Shown: one piece after another, positions 52,556-63,650 of the stretch
Layout: every line of letters begins with the position of its first letter
How positions within the stretch are numbered: the stretch's first letter is position 1
Sequence record: DRR378314_1864
Strand: one strand, 5' to 3'
DNA length: 64,000 nucleotides
The notes under the pieces: generated by a model
Told to the model about the DNA's origin: nothing
What the model saw: the letters and a program-made list of their open reading frames with translations, nothing else
Database searches by the model: none
Translations under genes and position numbers: made by a program

Positions 52556-52969
52556 ATGTTACAACCTAAGCGTACAAAATTCCGTAAGGTTCACACAGGC
52601 CGCAACCGTGGTCTGGCGCAGTCTGGTAACAAAGTCAGCTTCGGTACTTTTGGTTTAAAAGCTACTGACCGTGGTCGTATGACCGCGCGTCAAATCGAAG
52701 CAGGCCGTCGTGCAATGACTCGTCACGTTAAGCGTCAAGGTAAAATCTGGATCCGTGTATTTCCTGACAAGCCTATTACCAAAAAGCCTTTAGAAGTTCG
52801 TATGGGTAAAGGTAAAGGTAACGTCGAATACTGGGTTGCTCAGATTCAACCAGGTCGCGTTCTGTATGAAATGGACGGTGTTCCTGAAGAGTTGGCACGT
52901 GAAGCGTTCCGCCTGGCGGCACGTAAACTGCCTTTCAAAACCACTTTTGTGACTCGGACGGTAATGTGA
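52556..52969 (+). CDS. rplP: 50S ribosomal protein L16
   Basis: [18 protein letters not shown]. Confidence 0.99.
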   Translation: MLQPKRTKFRKVHTGRNRGLAQSGNKVSFGTFGLKATDRGRMTARQIEAGRRAMTRHVKRQGKIWIRVFPDKPITKKPLEVRMGKGKGNVEYWVAQIQPGRVLYEMDGVPEELAREAFRLAARKLPFKTTFVTRTVM

Positions 52970-53160
52970 TGAAAGCAAGTGAACTGAAAGATAAAACCGT
53001 TGAGCAGCTGCAAGAAGAGTTGTTAGGCTTGCGTCGTGAGCAGTTTAATCTGCGCATGCAGGCAGCAACTGGTCAGCTGAATCAGACTCACATGATGAAA
53101 CAAGTGCGTCGTGATATCGCACGTGTTAAAACCATCTTAAATGAGAAGGCAGGTGCGTAA
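52969..53160 (+). CDS. rpmC: 50S ribosomal protein L29
   Basis: [20 protein letters not shown]. Confidence 0.98.
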
Positions 53161-53423
53161 TGACTGACGAAAAACGTGTTCGTACTCTGCAAGGCAAAGT
53201 TGTCAGCGATAAGATGGATAAAACCATCACTGTAGCTGTTGAACGTCGTGTAAAGCACCCGGTATACGGGAAGTACATCACGCGTACAACTAAAGTACAT
53301 GCGCATGACGAAGAAAACCAGGTTAAAGCTGGCGATACCGTGATTGTTCGCGAATGTCGTCCGCTGTCTAAGAATAAATCTTGGACTCTGGAAGAAATCG
53401 TTGATCGCGCGACTGTTGTCTAG
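53160..53423 (+). CDS. rpsQ: 30S ribosomal protein S17
   Basis: [19 protein letters not shown]. Confidence 0.99.
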
Positions 53424-53445
53424 ACGCAGATAGCGAAAAGAAATT

Positions 53446-53476
53446 AAAAGGCCTCCCTTGCGGAGGCTTTTTTTTT
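53446..53476 (+). terminator. S10 operon terminator
   Basis: GCCTCC-CTTGC-GGAGGC then a T run. Confidence 0.92.
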
Positions 53477-53589
53477 GATCTAAACCTTAATAGGTTTAGT
53501 ACAAATATCTGAAATTAAATAAATTTCTTTTTAACATAAGAAATAATAAATACGCACACCAATGCGTAGTTCTCAGAGGGAGACAATTC

Positions 53590-54987
53590 ATGTCAAAAAG
53601 TTTATTTTTTGCAGCTACTGTGCTTGCGGCAAGTCCGGTCATTGCCGCTCCTCAAGATAGTAATTCGGTTGAACAGGAAATTCAGGCATTAAAAGAACGT
53701 TTAGCTCAATTGGAGAAACGGCTTGAAGAAAAAGAAGAAGTTGTTGTTGTAAAAGAACGAGAAGTAGAAAAAGGCAATGAAATTGCCAGTAACGAAAACA
53801 GTTCGAAGCGCAGAGTTGTCTATGACTCTGGAGTCCATGCACGTTTAGACGAGCTGGAAAAGAAAACGGAAGAGAATGAAAATTGGCCAATAAAGATTCA
53901 TGGTGCTGTTCGTTTTCAGTATGAATACAATAATTATGACTCAGATAATGAAAACCGCGGTGGCGATTTGGATTTCGATATTTTCCGTCTGAATTTTGAT
54001 GGAGAAATGGGAGGTGTCATCCTTTCTGCTGAATATCGTTGGTTTAATTATCAGGACGTTATTAAACACGCTTGGTTTGGTTATGACTTCACCGATAAAC
54101 TGCAGGGGCAGGTTGGTGTTGTAAAAATCCCATTTGGCAACATGCCTTACAACTCCCACAGTTATTTCTTCAATAGTACTTTCTATGTTGGCCTGGAAGA
54201 CGAACATGATAACGGTATTCGGTTCAAATACCGTGGCGATGAGTGGGATTTTGATTTAGCTTACCTGAAATCAGATGAGCAGGGCGGTATTGACGGCTCA
54301 ACATCTGATCGTACAGCGCGCTATAACTATGACACCGTGGGTATTCGGTTACCAGGTCAGGGCGCTTATGACGAACCTGGTTTACCTGTAGGTGAGAGCA
54401 ATAGTTATGCTTTCAGAACCGCACGTAAGTTTACCTTCAGCGATGATGAGAACTTAGAGCTTGGTGTGTCTTTGCAAGGCGGGAATTTGTATTCAGGAAC
54501 GGCCGCTGAAGGCTTCACAGATGCACAGGCGTATGAGAATCAGAATGTTGGTAATCGTATGGCCTGGGCCGCTCATGGTGTCTACAATAACGGCCCCTGG
54601 AACGTACAGTTACAGTATTCAGACTATGACTACGATATAAAACTAGAAAACCGTGGTGTTTACATGGCTGCTTACGCTTATTACGACGCAATTCCTACTG
54701 AAGCGAAACTGTATACAGCTAATGTTGCTTATACTTTGCCAGTAGATATTGGTCCCCTGACAAGCTTAACTTTCTATAATGACCACAGCTTAATGACCGA
54801 TAAAATGGGTTATCAAGATGATACCTGGATGAACGTTCTAGGGGTTGCTGTTGCAGCCGGCGGCGGTTTTTATACTTATGTTGATTACGTAAGAGCAAAA
54901 AACCAACCATTTATTGGTGGTAATACCGCAACTGATGGTGGCGAGGTCAATGACCGCTTTAACATTAACTTTGGTTACTATTTCTAA
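53590..54987 (+). CDS. outer-membrane beta-barrel porin with N-terminal periplasmic coiled coil
   Basis: Signal peptide, EIQALKERLAQLEKRL coiled coil, aromatic beta strands, terminal FNINFGYYF. Confidence 0.85.
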   Translation: MSKSLFFAATVLAASPVIAAPQDSNSVEQEIQALKERLAQLEKRLEEKEEVVVVKEREVEKGNEIASNENSSKRRVVYDSGVHARLDELEKKTEENENWPIKIHGAVRFQYEYNNYDSDNENRGGDLDFDIFRLNFDGEMGGVILSAEYRWFNYQDVIKHAWFGYDFTDKLQGQVGVVKIPFGNMPYNSHSYFFNSTFYVGLEDEHDNGIRFKYRGDEWDFDLAYLKSDEQGGIDGSTSDRTARYNYDTVGIRLPGQGAYDEPGLPVGESNSYAFRTARKFTFSDDENLELGVSLQGGNLYSGTAAEGFTDAQAYENQNVGNRMAWAAHGVYNNGPWNVQLQYSDYDYDIKLENRGVYMAAYAYYDAIPTEAKLYTANVAYTLPVDIGPLTSLTFYNDHSLMTDKMGYQDDTWMNVLGVAVAAGGGFYTYVDYVRAKNQPFIGGNTATDGGEVNDRFNINFGYYF

Positions 54988-55009
54988 AGCGATTTAAGTT
55001 TTTACTGCG

Positions 55010-55044
55010 AAAGACATGGAACCTTATGGTTCCATGTCTTTTTT
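55010..55044 (+). terminator. porin terminator overlapping the mrpG 3' end
   Basis: AAAGACATGGAACC-TTAT-GGTTCCATGTCTTT then TTT. Confidence 0.8.
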
Positions 55045-55416
55045 ATTAGGCAATATATGCTCGTAAGAATCCCCTTCCTGACGAAAGTCTTTTGTTCGAT
55101 TAAACATCTTCAGTTCTGTATGTAATGCGGCTTTAGCCATAATGTGGGCGCTGATAGGTGCCGTCAAAAACAGGAATATGGCAATCAGAAGTTCGTTCAG
55201 GTTAATCGACCCTTGTACCGAAGTAATAAGAATAGAAGCTATGACTATGCCTCCAATGCCTATTGTGGTGTTTTTCGTGGGGGCGTGTAAACGAGTAAAA
55301 AAGTCGGGGAGTATTGCTAACCCCAAAGAGCCAATAAAGGCAAATATAGCGCCTAATAAGATAAAGAAGGCCGCTAGCCACTGTGACCATGCTGGTAATT
55401 GGTTCAATGCATCCAT
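55024..55416 (-). CDS. mrpG: Mrp/Pha Na+(K+)/H+ antiporter subunit G
   Basis: PDFFTRLHAPTK, TAPISAH. Confidence 0.93.
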   Translation of the reverse strand: MDALNQLPAWSQWLAAFFILLGAIFAFIGSLGLAILPDFFTRLHAPTKNTTIGIGGIVIASILITSVQGSINLNELLIAIFLFLTAPISAHIMAKAALHTELKMFNRTKDFRQEGDSYEHILPNKKDMEP

Positions 55417-55429
55417 AAGGTTTTCCTTT

Positions 55430-55699
55430 TTATTCTATTAGGTCGCCACGCAGTAAAAATTTACCTGCCGCGATGGTACCGACAAAACCGAACATGGCAA
55501 TGAGTAATGCTGCTTCAAAATAGGTTTGCGTGTTTTGGTACATACCCAGCAACAGCAGTAAAGCCAGCGAATTAATGTAAATTGTATCCAGAGCCAGTAT
55601 TCTGTCCGGTAGATCGGGTCCTTTAATAAGGCGCCAGAAATTCATTAATACCGATAGACTGAATAACAAGAAGGCAATGTGTAGTACCGTCGTTAACAT
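55430..55699 (-). CDS. mrpF: Mrp antiporter subunit F
   Basis: GPDLPDRILALD. Confidence 0.93.
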   Translation of the reverse strand: MLTTVLHIAFLLFSLSVLMNFWRLIKGPDLPDRILALDTIYINSLALLLLLGMYQNTQTYFEAALLIAMFGFVGTIAAGKFLLRGDLIE

Positions 55700-56181
55700 T
55701 GGAATATCTCCTTCAGGCGACGCTCATAACGGTTTCGAATCGTTTTTATGACTTCTTCCGGGCTTTCTTCTGAGAATGCGTGAATAAGAATGCCTTTGCG
55801 TCCACGAGTAATTTCGCAGGATACCGTTCCCGGCGTCAGTGTTATGGTACTTGCAAGAAGAGTAACCGGAAGCTCCTCTTTCATATCCAGTGGAAAAACA
55901 AACAGCGCGGGTTTTATCGAGCGAGGTTTCCCAAGAATCATACCGGCAACCTTAAAGTTAGCCACGACAATGTCATTCAACAGAATGAAAAAATAGACGA
56001 CAGCCAGGTCGGGGCGCTTAACTTTTGCAAAATTAGGCCAGGCGTCACGGAATAAAAATGGAATAAACCAGGAAAATAAAGCGCCCAGTATGATCACCCC
56101 GGGCGAAACTGAGTTAAATAATAGAACCCATAGCGTCAATAAGAAAAAAGATAACAAAGGTGTCGGAAATAGCTTTTTCAT
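55693..56181 (-). CDS. mrpE: Mrp antiporter subunit E
   Basis: ITLTPGT, YERRLKEIF. Confidence 0.93.
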   Translation of the reverse strand: MKKLFPTPLLSFFLLTLWVLLFNSVSPGVIILGALFSWFIPFLFRDAWPNFAKVKRPDLAVVYFFILLNDIVVANFKVAGMILGKPRSIKPALFVFPLDMKEELPVTLLASTITLTPGTVSCEITRGRKGILIHAFSEESPEEVIKTIRNRYERRLKEIFQC

Positions 56182-56186
56182 AGTAA

Positions 56187-57701
56187 TTATTCCACTCCTT
56201 TTGTCAGCACGCGGGATGGGTACTGGTCTATGTCGTAAAGCTGTTCAGCGACATCATCGGTATAGTCGCGTATTGGGCTGGCAAATAACGTCATAACAAC
56301 CGATAACGACAGAAGCATAACAACAGCAGCTCTTTTTCCTAAAGGAGCGGATTGTTCATTCGCTTTACCCGACAGTGTGTGCCAGAGCATTTTACTTCCC
56401 GCCCGGGTGACTGAAATTAGCATAATCAGAGTTGCGCCTAACATAGCTCCCCACAGCCAAAAACTGGCCCCGGTTGGGCTTGCCGATTCCATAATCATAA
56501 GTTTTCCGACAAAACCTGACAGAGGTGGTAAACCAATTATTGCTATTGCAGCAATTAAAAACATGACTGAATAAGCAGAGTGATTGGCCATTTTCTTGCC
56601 CGATACGATGCGTGATGCGGTTTTACCACGTTCGAACGCAATAAGGTCGGCCAGTAAAAATAATGCGCCAGTGATAAAGGTTGAGTGGATTAAATAAAAC
56701 AGCATGGCTCCGGTTGTCGCAATTCCATTCAAGCTGTAGGTTGCGATAAGTGTGCCAATTGAAATGACGACTAAATAAGCCACAAGCAAGCGCAAGTCGC
56801 GAGCCCCGATAATTCCGATAGCGCCGGCTAGCATGGTAACGAGACCCATAACCCAAAGCCAGTCATGTGCAATGAGTGCAAGCTCATTAGCTTCAGGACC
56901 GAAAATGAGTGTGTAGACCCGAACTATGGCGTAAACCCCAACTTTTGTCATTATTGCGAATAGAGCGGCAACAACTCCGGTTGTTGTGGAATAGGCCTGA
57001 GGCAGCCAGAAGTGCAACGGCAGGATAGCGGCTTTAATGCCGAATACTATCAATAGCATCATACCACCGGCTTTAGCTAAGGCGGCCTGGTCTCCGCTTA
57101 ACTGTTGAACTTGGGTAGCAAGGTCAGCCATATTCAAAGTGCCTGTAACACCATATAGAGTACCGACACTAATTAGGAAAAGTGCTGAACCTAAAAGGTT
57201 GAGTAATACGTAGTGTAAGGTTGTGCGTAGGCGAAATTTTCCTCCACCGTGCATTAATAGTGCGTAGGAGGAAATCAGAAGAACTTCGAAGAAGACGAAT
57301 AAGTTGAAAATATCGCCGGTAGCAAAAGCCCCCATAATACCCATTATCTGAAACTGAAATAATGCCTGAAAGTGTGAGCCAAGATTATCTTCGGCATAAC
57401 AACCGTAGATGAGCACTGGTAATGCCAATATTGCCGTTACCAGCATCATCAGAGCACTAAGCTTGTCCACCATCAGGACAATTCCAAATGGCGCAGACCA
57501 ATTGCCTAAGGCATAAACAATCATCTGATCCTGATTAACCTGAACGAGCAGGGCAATAGTCAGTATTAAAGTTAATATACTGGACAGCAGGCCTATGGCT
57601 CTGCGTTTTGGCTGAGGTCTGTCTCCCCAGGGAAGAAGCTGTAGCAGCGCCGCCAGTAACGGCACCAAAATAGGAAGTATCGCCAAATGTTGTTGCCACA
57701 T
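56187..57701 (-). CDS. mrpD: Mrp antiporter subunit D
   Basis: GDIFNLFVFFEV, HFWLP, TKVGVY, GLPPLSGF. Confidence 0.94.
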   Translation of the reverse strand: MWQQHLAILPILVPLLAALLQLLPWGDRPQPKRRAIGLLSSILTLILTIALLVQVNQDQMIVYALGNWSAPFGIVLMVDKLSALMMLVTAILALPVLIYGCYAEDNLGSHFQALFQFQIMGIMGAFATGDIFNLFVFFEVLLISSYALLMHGGGKFRLRTTLHYVLLNLLGSALFLISVGTLYGVTGTLNMADLATQVQQLSGDQAALAKAGGMMLLIVFGIKAAILPLHFWLPQAYSTTTGVVAALFAIMTKVGVYAIVRVYTLIFGPEANELALIAHDWLWVMGLVTMLAGAIGIIGARDLRLLVAYLVVISIGTLIATYSLNGIATTGAMLFYLIHSTFITGALFLLADLIAFERGKTASRIVSGKKMANHSAYSVMFLIAAIAIIGLPPLSGFVGKLMIMESASPTGASFWLWGAMLGATLIMLISVTRAGSKMLWHTLSGKANEQSAPLGKRAAVVMLLSLSVVMTLFASPIRDYTDDVAEQLYDIDQYPSRVLTKGVE

Positions 57702-58042
57702 TAGCGGTTGCCCTCCGTGCTGTTATCTTGTTGGTTAACTTCATCCGTCCCTATCTCGCCTCGGGCGCGCACAGCCAGAATAATTGAATACGCTGTCATG
57801 GCGAAGCCGATAACGATAGCGGTGAGAACTAGTGCCTGAGGTAAAGGGTCGGCATAGGTTTCCTGCGTGCCATAAATTGGTGCGCCGTCTATTGTCAGAC
57901 GACCGGTTGAAAATAGAAATAAGTTAACGGCATAAGACAGCATGGTAATGCCGACGACCACAGGAAATGAACGGCCGCGCAGAATTAGAAAAACACTGCA
58001 TGCGGTTAAAATACCAACGGTAACTGAGTATAAAGTTTCCAT
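57701..58042 (-). CDS. mrpC: Mrp antiporter subunit C
   Basis: DPLPQALVLTAIVI. Confidence 0.95.
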   Translation of the reverse strand: METLYSVTVGILTACSVFLILRGRSFPVVVGITMLSYAVNLFLFSTGRLTIDGAPIYGTQETYADPLPQALVLTAIVIGFAMTAYSIILAVRARGEIGTDEVNQQDNSTEGNR

Positions 58043-60831
58043 TAATGACCCTCATGCGTTGGGCGATGACGTGTCGTCATCTTCCCGAAGTTACTTAAAA
58101 TCATCATAGTAGCGCCAACAACCGTTAGGAAAACGCCAAGATCGAAGAGTAAAGCCGTTGCAAATTCAAATTTACCAACCACTGGCCAGTTTAAATAGGT
58201 AAACCAGGAAGTCAGGAAAGGCTTGCCAAACAGCCAGCTACCAAGCCCGGTAAGCGCGGCAATCAAAACGCCAAATGACATTAGAGATTGATAATTAACG
58301 CTAAAGCGTTCTTTCATCCAGTCGACACCATTGGCAATGTATTGCAGGATCATCGCCGAGGCGACTATCAGGCCTGCGATGAAACCACCACCCGGTAAGT
58401 TGTGGCCTCTTAGGAATATGTAGGCAGCAACTACCATCGCCATGGGTAAAATAATGTTGGCAACAGTTGTTAACATCAACGGGTGTCTAATTCTATGCCA
58501 GGGGCGTCCGTCAATATCACTGGAAGGCATAAATGGTTTTAGCTTATTAAGCAGCTTATGAATACCTGCGGCAGCTATTGCCAGAACGGTAATTTCTCCT
58601 AATGTATCGAAACCACGAAAGTCCACCAGAATGACGTTTACTACGTTGGTTCCACCACCACCGGATTTTGCATTCGCAAGGAAAAAGTCCGAGATGCTTT
58701 CAAACGGTGAGGTCAGTATTGCGAAATTTAAGGTAGCGACAATACCACCAATAAAGCTGGCAATGATTATGTCACGAAAAACTCGGTGGCCAGAAGAGGC
58801 CCGACTGGTTTTTTGTGGCATAAAGAACAACGCCAGTATCATTAAGATAATACTGACCACTTCGACAACCAACTGAGTCATGGCAAGATCCGGGGCCGAA
58901 AAGTGCGCGAAAGCTAACGACACAACCAGTCCAACCACGGATAGCATCATCAACATCACAAAACGATTACGATGTAATGTAGCGGTGGCAAATGCTGCGG
59001 ATATCAGGACGATAGCACCAACCATGCTCACCATATCAACAGGCAACTGAGGTTTGCCACCAGTTACCACGCTTAGGTCGCTTAACGAAGGAAGCAACAC
59101 GACAATAACGCTGATAAGAACAAAAGCAATGTAGCGCTGCAAGGAACCTGTGTCTAAGCGGTCGTAAAAATTTGCTGCTGCATCAGAGGCTTTTTGCACG
59201 AGGCGTTCAAAATTGTGTTTAGCGTCCTGCCCGTCAAATTGGCGATTAAATGTAAACAGTTGATCGCGGGAAAGGTATATCAGAATACCGCCAACCACTG
59301 CCACTGCGCTCATTAACAGAGGCATGTTAAAGCCGTGCCAAAGCGATAGTTTTACTTCAACAGGAGAGCCGGTAACAGCGGCGGCGGCCTGATCGAGTAT
59401 ACCGGAGACCATAGTCATTGGTGCGACGCCGATAGCGATACAAAGGAACCCTAACACAGCAACCGGTGCAGACATCATGCGAGGAGGATCATGTGGTTTT
59501 TTGGGCAGTTCTTTATAGTCGCCGTTAAAGAAAACATCGTGAATAAAGCGAATAGAGTAAGCCACCGACAGCATGGCTCCCACAGTCGCCAAAATAGGAA
59601 TAAACCATGACAGCCCACCGAATAAATGTTGCTGCAGAGCTTGATCCAGGAATAGCTCTTTAGACATAAACCCGTTAAACGGTGGTATTCCTGCCATTGA
59701 GGCCGCTACAATCATGGCAAGAGTAGCCGTTATAGGCATCAGGCTCATAAGCCCTTGCAGTTTACGCATATCACGAGTACCGGACTCATGGTCAATAATG
59801 CCTGCTGTCATAAACAGCGCGGCTTTAAATAGAGCATGGTTAATAATGTGAAATAGCGCCGCTATCACAGCCGCCTGGGTGCCTATCCCCAGTAACATAC
59901 AAATGAGACCCAGATGGCTTACCGTAGAGAAAGCCAGCAAACCTTTAAGGTCGTGCTTTAACAGAGCAAAGTAAGCACCGACTAACATGGTAATTAAACC
60001 GGTTAATGTAACCAGGGTAAACCACAGTTCAGTCTCGGCTAATACCGGATGAAAACGTGCTAATAGAAAGATACCGGCTTTTACCATGGTCGCAGAGTGT
60101 AAGTACGCACTTACGGGAGTTGGCGCCGCCATGGCATGTGGTAGCCAAAATTGAAATGGAAACTGGGCTGACTTAGTAAAGGCTCCTAATAAAACGAGTA
60201 TTAAAGCGGGTACATAGTAAGCGTGCGCTTTTATCTGGTCTGCTGCGGCGAATACAGTATCCAGTTGATAGCCACCGGCTATGTGCCCAATTATTAGTAA
60301 TCCGGCTAACAGTGCCAGACCTCCGGCGCCGGTGGTTGCCAATGCCATGCGAGCACCGCGACGTGCATCACTGCTATGGAACCAATAACCAATAAGTAAA
60401 AAGGAAGAGATGCTGGTCAGTTCCCAGAAAACCCACATTAGTAATATATTATCTGCCATAACGATGCCCAGCATCGATGACATAAATAACAGCAGGCAGG
60501 CATAAAAACGGGATTCATCGTCGTCGCTGCTTAAATAGTAGTGAGCATAGCCAATAATCAGTACGCCTATGCCTAATATGAGCCCCACGAAAAGAAGTGA
60601 CAAGCCGTCCAGACGCACGGCAAAATCAAGCCCTATACCCGGTAGCCATTCCACCATTTGCTTAGGTACTTCACCGGCAAGTGTAGCGGGTACGTACTGA
60701 AACAAAACAATTAAGCAGAAAATAGGAACAAGTAGTGTAATCCCAGTCTTTGTCGGTCGCGACGCTTGCTTAAATAATAGCGGTAAGAGCGCACCAAAGA
60801 ATGGGGCAAAAATAATGAATAGCAGATTCAT
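58042..60831 (-). CDS. mrpA: Mrp antiporter fused subunit A/B (group 2)
   Basis: [27 protein letters not shown]; MrpB part GHNLPGGGF. Confidence 0.95.
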   Translation of the reverse strand: MNLLFIIFAPFFGALLPLLFKQASRPTKTGITLLVPIFCLIVLFQYVPATLAGEVPKQMVEWLPGIGLDFAVRLDGLSLLFVGLILGIGVLIIGYAHYYLSSDDDESRFYACLLLFMSSMLGIVMADNILLMWVFWELTSISSFLLIGYWFHSSDARRGARMALATTGAGGLALLAGLLIIGHIAGGYQLDTVFAAADQIKAHAYYVPALILVLLGAFTKSAQFPFQFWLPHAMAAPTPVSAYLHSATMVKAGIFLLARFHPVLAETELWFTLVTLTGLITMLVGAYFALLKHDLKGLLAFSTVSHLGLICMLLGIGTQAAVIAALFHIINHALFKAALFMTAGIIDHESGTRDMRKLQGLMSLMPITATLAMIVAASMAGIPPFNGFMSKELFLDQALQQHLFGGLSWFIPILATVGAMLSVAYSIRFIHDVFFNGDYKELPKKPHDPPRMMSAPVAVLGFLCIAIGVAPMTMVSGILDQAAAAVTGSPVEVKLSLWHGFNMPLLMSAVAVVGGILIYLSRDQLFTFNRQFDGQDAKHNFERLVQKASDAAANFYDRLDTGSLQRYIAFVLISVIVVLLPSLSDLSVVTGGKPQLPVDMVSMVGAIVLISAAFATATLHRNRFVMLMMLSVVGLVVSLAFAHFSAPDLAMTQLVVEVVSIILMILALFFMPQKTSRASSGHRVFRDIIIASFIGGIVATLNFAILTSPFESISDFFLANAKSGGGGTNVVNVILVDFRGFDTLGEITVLAIAAAGIHKLLNKLKPFMPSSDIDGRPWHRIRHPLMLTTVANIILPMAMVVAAYIFLRGHNLPGGGFIAGLIVASAMILQYIANGVDWMKERFSVNYQSLMSFGVLIAALTGLGSWLFGKPFLTSWFTYLNWPVVGKFEFATALLFDLGVFLTVVGATMMILSNFGKMTTRHRPTHEGH

Positions 60832-60991
60832 ACCATAGAAGTCCCAAGTCAGCCTGTGCTCTTATAATAAGGTATAATTAACTGAGCAACGTAAAGTATT
60901 GAATTTACCATTGGTTCTGCTGCAATCCAACTAAACTAAACCCTTAAGATAGTGAATTCATCTTACGCCTACGAAATTTTCTGAGATTACC

Positions 60992-61030
60992 CTACCACTT
61001 ACAAATTTTATCTGTTACACTTCGCGACCC
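60992..61030 (+). promoter_or_regulatory. spc operon promoter
   Basis: CTACCA...TGtTACACT plus GC-rich discriminator TCGCGACCC, similar to the enterobacterial spc promoter. Confidence 0.6.
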
Positions 61031-61103
61031 TTTTTATAAGGGAAAAACCAAAGGCAGCACGACCCGAGAGGGTCTGTTTTTTTAACCTAAGCGGGGCACT
61101 GAA

Positions 61104-61472
61104 ATGATCCAAATGCAAACTACCCTGGACGTTGCCGATAACTCCGGCGCGCGCAGCGTACAATGTATTAAGGTTCTAGGTGGTTCGCACCGTCGCTACG
61201 CAAACATCGGCGATATCATCAAAGTTACTGTCAAGGAAGCAATTCCGCGCGGTAAGGTGAAGAAAGGCGATGTAGTGAATGCGGTGGTCGTTCGCACCAG
61301 AAAAGGCGTCCGTCGACAAGACGGGTCGGTCATCCGTTTTGACCGCAACGCGGCTGTGTTGTTGAATAACAACCAACAGCCCATTGGCACACGTATTTTC
61401 GGGCCGGTAACTCGTGAACTGCGTTCAGAGCAGTTTATGAAGATTATCTCGCTGGCACCAGAAGTACTATAA
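61104..61472 (+). CDS. rplN: 50S ribosomal protein L14
   Basis: [15 protein letters not shown]. Confidence 0.99.
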   Translation: MIQMQTTLDVADNSGARSVQCIKVLGGSHRRYANIGDIIKVTVKEAIPRGKVKKGDVVNAVVVRTRKGVRRQDGSVIRFDRNAAVLLNNNQQPIGTRIFGPVTRELRSEQFMKIISLAPEVL

Positions 61473-61482
61473 GGAGTCAATT

Positions 61483-61797
61483 ATGGCGGCAAAAATTAAA
61501 CGTGATGACGAAGTAGTCGTCCTGGCAGGTAAGGACAAGGGCAAGCAAGGCAAAGTCCTGAAAGTTCTTACCGATAAAGATCGCGTGATCGTGGAAGGCG
61601 TCAACGTAGTCAAGAAACATCAGAAGCCAAATCCGGCTTTAGGTGAATCAGGTGGCATCGTTGAACAAGAAGCAGCAATCCACATTTCGAACGTAGCGAT
61701 CCTTAACCCAGAGACAGGTAAAGCAGATCGTGTTGGATTTCGTCTTGAAGATGGCAAGAAAGTTCGCTTCTTCAAATCGAACAACGCAATCATTTAA
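61483..61797 (+). CDS. rplX: 50S ribosomal protein L24
   Basis: [13 protein letters not shown]. Confidence 0.99.
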   Translation: MAAKIKRDDEVVVLAGKDKGKQGKVLKVLTDKDRVIVEGVNVVKKHQKPNPALGESGGIVEQEAAIHISNVAILNPETGKADRVGFRLEDGKKVRFFKSNNAII

Positions 61798-61805
61798 TTC
61801 AAACT

Positions 61806-61850
61806 TGGAGTTTTACGATGGCGAAACTGCATGATTTTTACAGAGAATCG
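61806..61850 (+). promoter_or_regulatory. S8-binding translational operator at the rplE start
   Basis: GGAG...ACGATGGCGAAACTGCATGA matches the conserved spc operator. Confidence 0.55.
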
Positions 61851-62357
61851 GTAGTTCCTGAGCTTATGAAAGAGTTCAGCTACAACAGCGTCATGCAAGT
61901 CCCTCGGATTGATAAAATCACCCTTAACATGGGTGTTGGTGAAGCTCTGGCTGACAAAAAAGTACTTGATAACGCAGTGGCTGACCTAGAGGCTATCTCT
62001 GGTCAAAAGCCAATTCGTACTGTGGCACGCAAGTCTGTCGCCGGTTTCAAAGTCCGTGAAGGCTTCCCGATTGGCTGTAAAGTAACTCTGCGCGGCGAGC
62101 GCATGTGGGACTTTTTGCAACGCTTAATTTCGATTGCAATCCCACGTATCCGTGACTTCCGTGGCCTGAACCCTAAATCGTTCGATGGTCGTGGTAATTA
62201 CAGCATGGGTGTTCGTGAGCAGATCATCTTTCCGGAGGTCGACTATGACAAAGTCGACAAGGTACGTGGTCTGGATATCACCATTACCACAAATGCTGGC
62301 ACAGATGACGAAGCTCGTGCTTTGCTAGCTGCCTTTAACTTCCCGTTCAGAAAGTAA
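61818..62357 (+). CDS. rplE: 50S ribosomal protein L5
   Basis: [15 protein letters not shown]. Confidence 0.99.
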   Translation: MAKLHDFYRESVVPELMKEFSYNSVMQVPRIDKITLNMGVGEALADKKVLDNAVADLEAISGQKPIRTVARKSVAGFKVREGFPIGCKVTLRGERMWDFLQRLISIAIPRIRDFRGLNPKSFDGRGNYSMGVREQIIFPEVDYDKVDKVRGLDITITTNAGTDDEARALLAAFNFPFRK

Positions 62358-62368
62358 GGTGTAGAGTT

Positions 62369-62674
62369 ATGGCAAAACAGTCAATGAAAGCGCGTGACGT
62401 GAAGCGAGCTAAAATCGCTTCAAAATACGCAGAAAAACGCAACGCACTGAAAACGGTCATTAATGACCCTAAAGCATCAGACGAAGAGCGTTGGGAAGCC
62501 GTACTTAAGTTGCAACAGCTCCCACGTGATGCCAGTCCGACGCGTCAACGTAACCGTTGTCGTATAACTGGTCGTCCTCATGGTTTCCTTCGTAAATTCG
62601 GCATGAGCCGAATCAAGGTCCGTGAGATGGCGATGCGCGGTGAAATTCCTGGCTTGAAAAAAGCTAGCTGGTAA
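62369..62674 (+). CDS. rpsN: 30S ribosomal protein S14
   Basis: [18 protein letters not shown]. Confidence 0.99.
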   Translation: MAKQSMKARDVKRAKIASKYAEKRNALKTVINDPKASDEERWEAVLKLQQLPRDASPTRQRNRCRITGRPHGFLRKFGMSRIKVREMAMRGEIPGLKKASW

Positions 62675-62700
62675 GCCACGAATCACGGGAGAAAGCAAAT

Positions 62701-63093
62701 ATGAGCATGCAAGATCCAATTGCGGATATGTTCACACGCATTCGCAACGCTCAAGGTGCTAACAAAGTAACGGTTAAAATGCCGTCTTCTAAGCAGAAAG
62801 TGGCGATTGCTCAAGTTCTGAAAGAAGAAGGTTTTATTACTGGTTACAGTGCCGAGAGTACTGTTAAACCTGAGCTTGAAGTCGAATTGAAATATTTCGA
62901 AGGCAAGCCAGTAATTGAAACAATCGAGCGCGTTAGTCGGCCTGGTCTGCGTATCTATAAGAAACGCAACGAGTTGCCTAACGTAATGGGTGGCCTTGGC
63001 ATCGCAGTAGTTTCGACGTCTAAAGGCCTGATGACTGATCGTGCCGCTCGCCAAGCTGGTCTTGGTGGCGAAATTATCGGTTACGTAGCGTAA
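62701..63093 (+). CDS. rpsH: 30S ribosomal protein S8
   Basis: [20 protein letters not shown]. Confidence 0.99.
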   Translation: MSMQDPIADMFTRIRNAQGANKVTVKMPSSKQKVAIAQVLKEEGFITGYSAESTVKPELEVELKYFEGKPVIETIERVSRPGLRIYKKRNELPNVMGGLGIAVVSTSKGLMTDRAARQAGLGGEIIGYVA

Positions 63094-63107
63094 TTAGGAG
63101 GTAGGAA

Positions 63108-63641
63108 ATGTCACGTGTTGCTAAAGCACCCATTGAAATTCCTGCTGGCGTTGAAGTTACGCTAAATGGCCAGGAAGTCACGATTAAAGGTGCCCAAGGC
63201 TCACTGAGTCGTGTTGTAAACGATGCAGTTGAACTGGTAAAAGATGAGAGTGAGTTACGTACTAACGCCCGTGAAGGTGTTGCTAACTCAACAGCTCAAG
63301 CTGGTACGGCTCGTGCATTGTTGCAAAACATGGTGGTCGGAGTCACTAAAGGATTCGAACGTAAGTTACAGTTGATAGGTGTTGGTTACCGTGCGCAAGC
63401 ACAAGGTAAAAAACTAAACCTGACGCTAGGCTTTTCGCATCCTGTGGAGTTCGAGATTCCTGAAGGGATCACAATCGATACTCCGACTCAGACTGAAGTC
63501 GTCGTTAAAGGTGCAGATAAGCAGTTAGTTGGTCAAGTTGCCGCTAACATTCGTGCATACCGTAAACCCGAGCCTTACAAAGGCAAAGGTGTCCGTTATG
63601 CTGACGAGCAAGTGCGCCGTAAAGAAGCCAAGAAAAAGTAG
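63108..63641 (+). CDS. rplF: 50S ribosomal protein L6
   Basis: [17 protein letters not shown]. Confidence 0.99.
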   Translation: MSRVAKAPIEIPAGVEVTLNGQEVTIKGAQGSLSRVVNDAVELVKDESELRTNAREGVANSTAQAGTARALLQNMVVGVTKGFERKLQLIGVGYRAQAQGKKLNLTLGFSHPVEFEIPEGITIDTPTQTEVVVKGADKQLVGQVAANIRAYRKPEPYKGKGVRYADEQVRRKEAKKK

Positions 63642-63650
63642 GGTAATACG

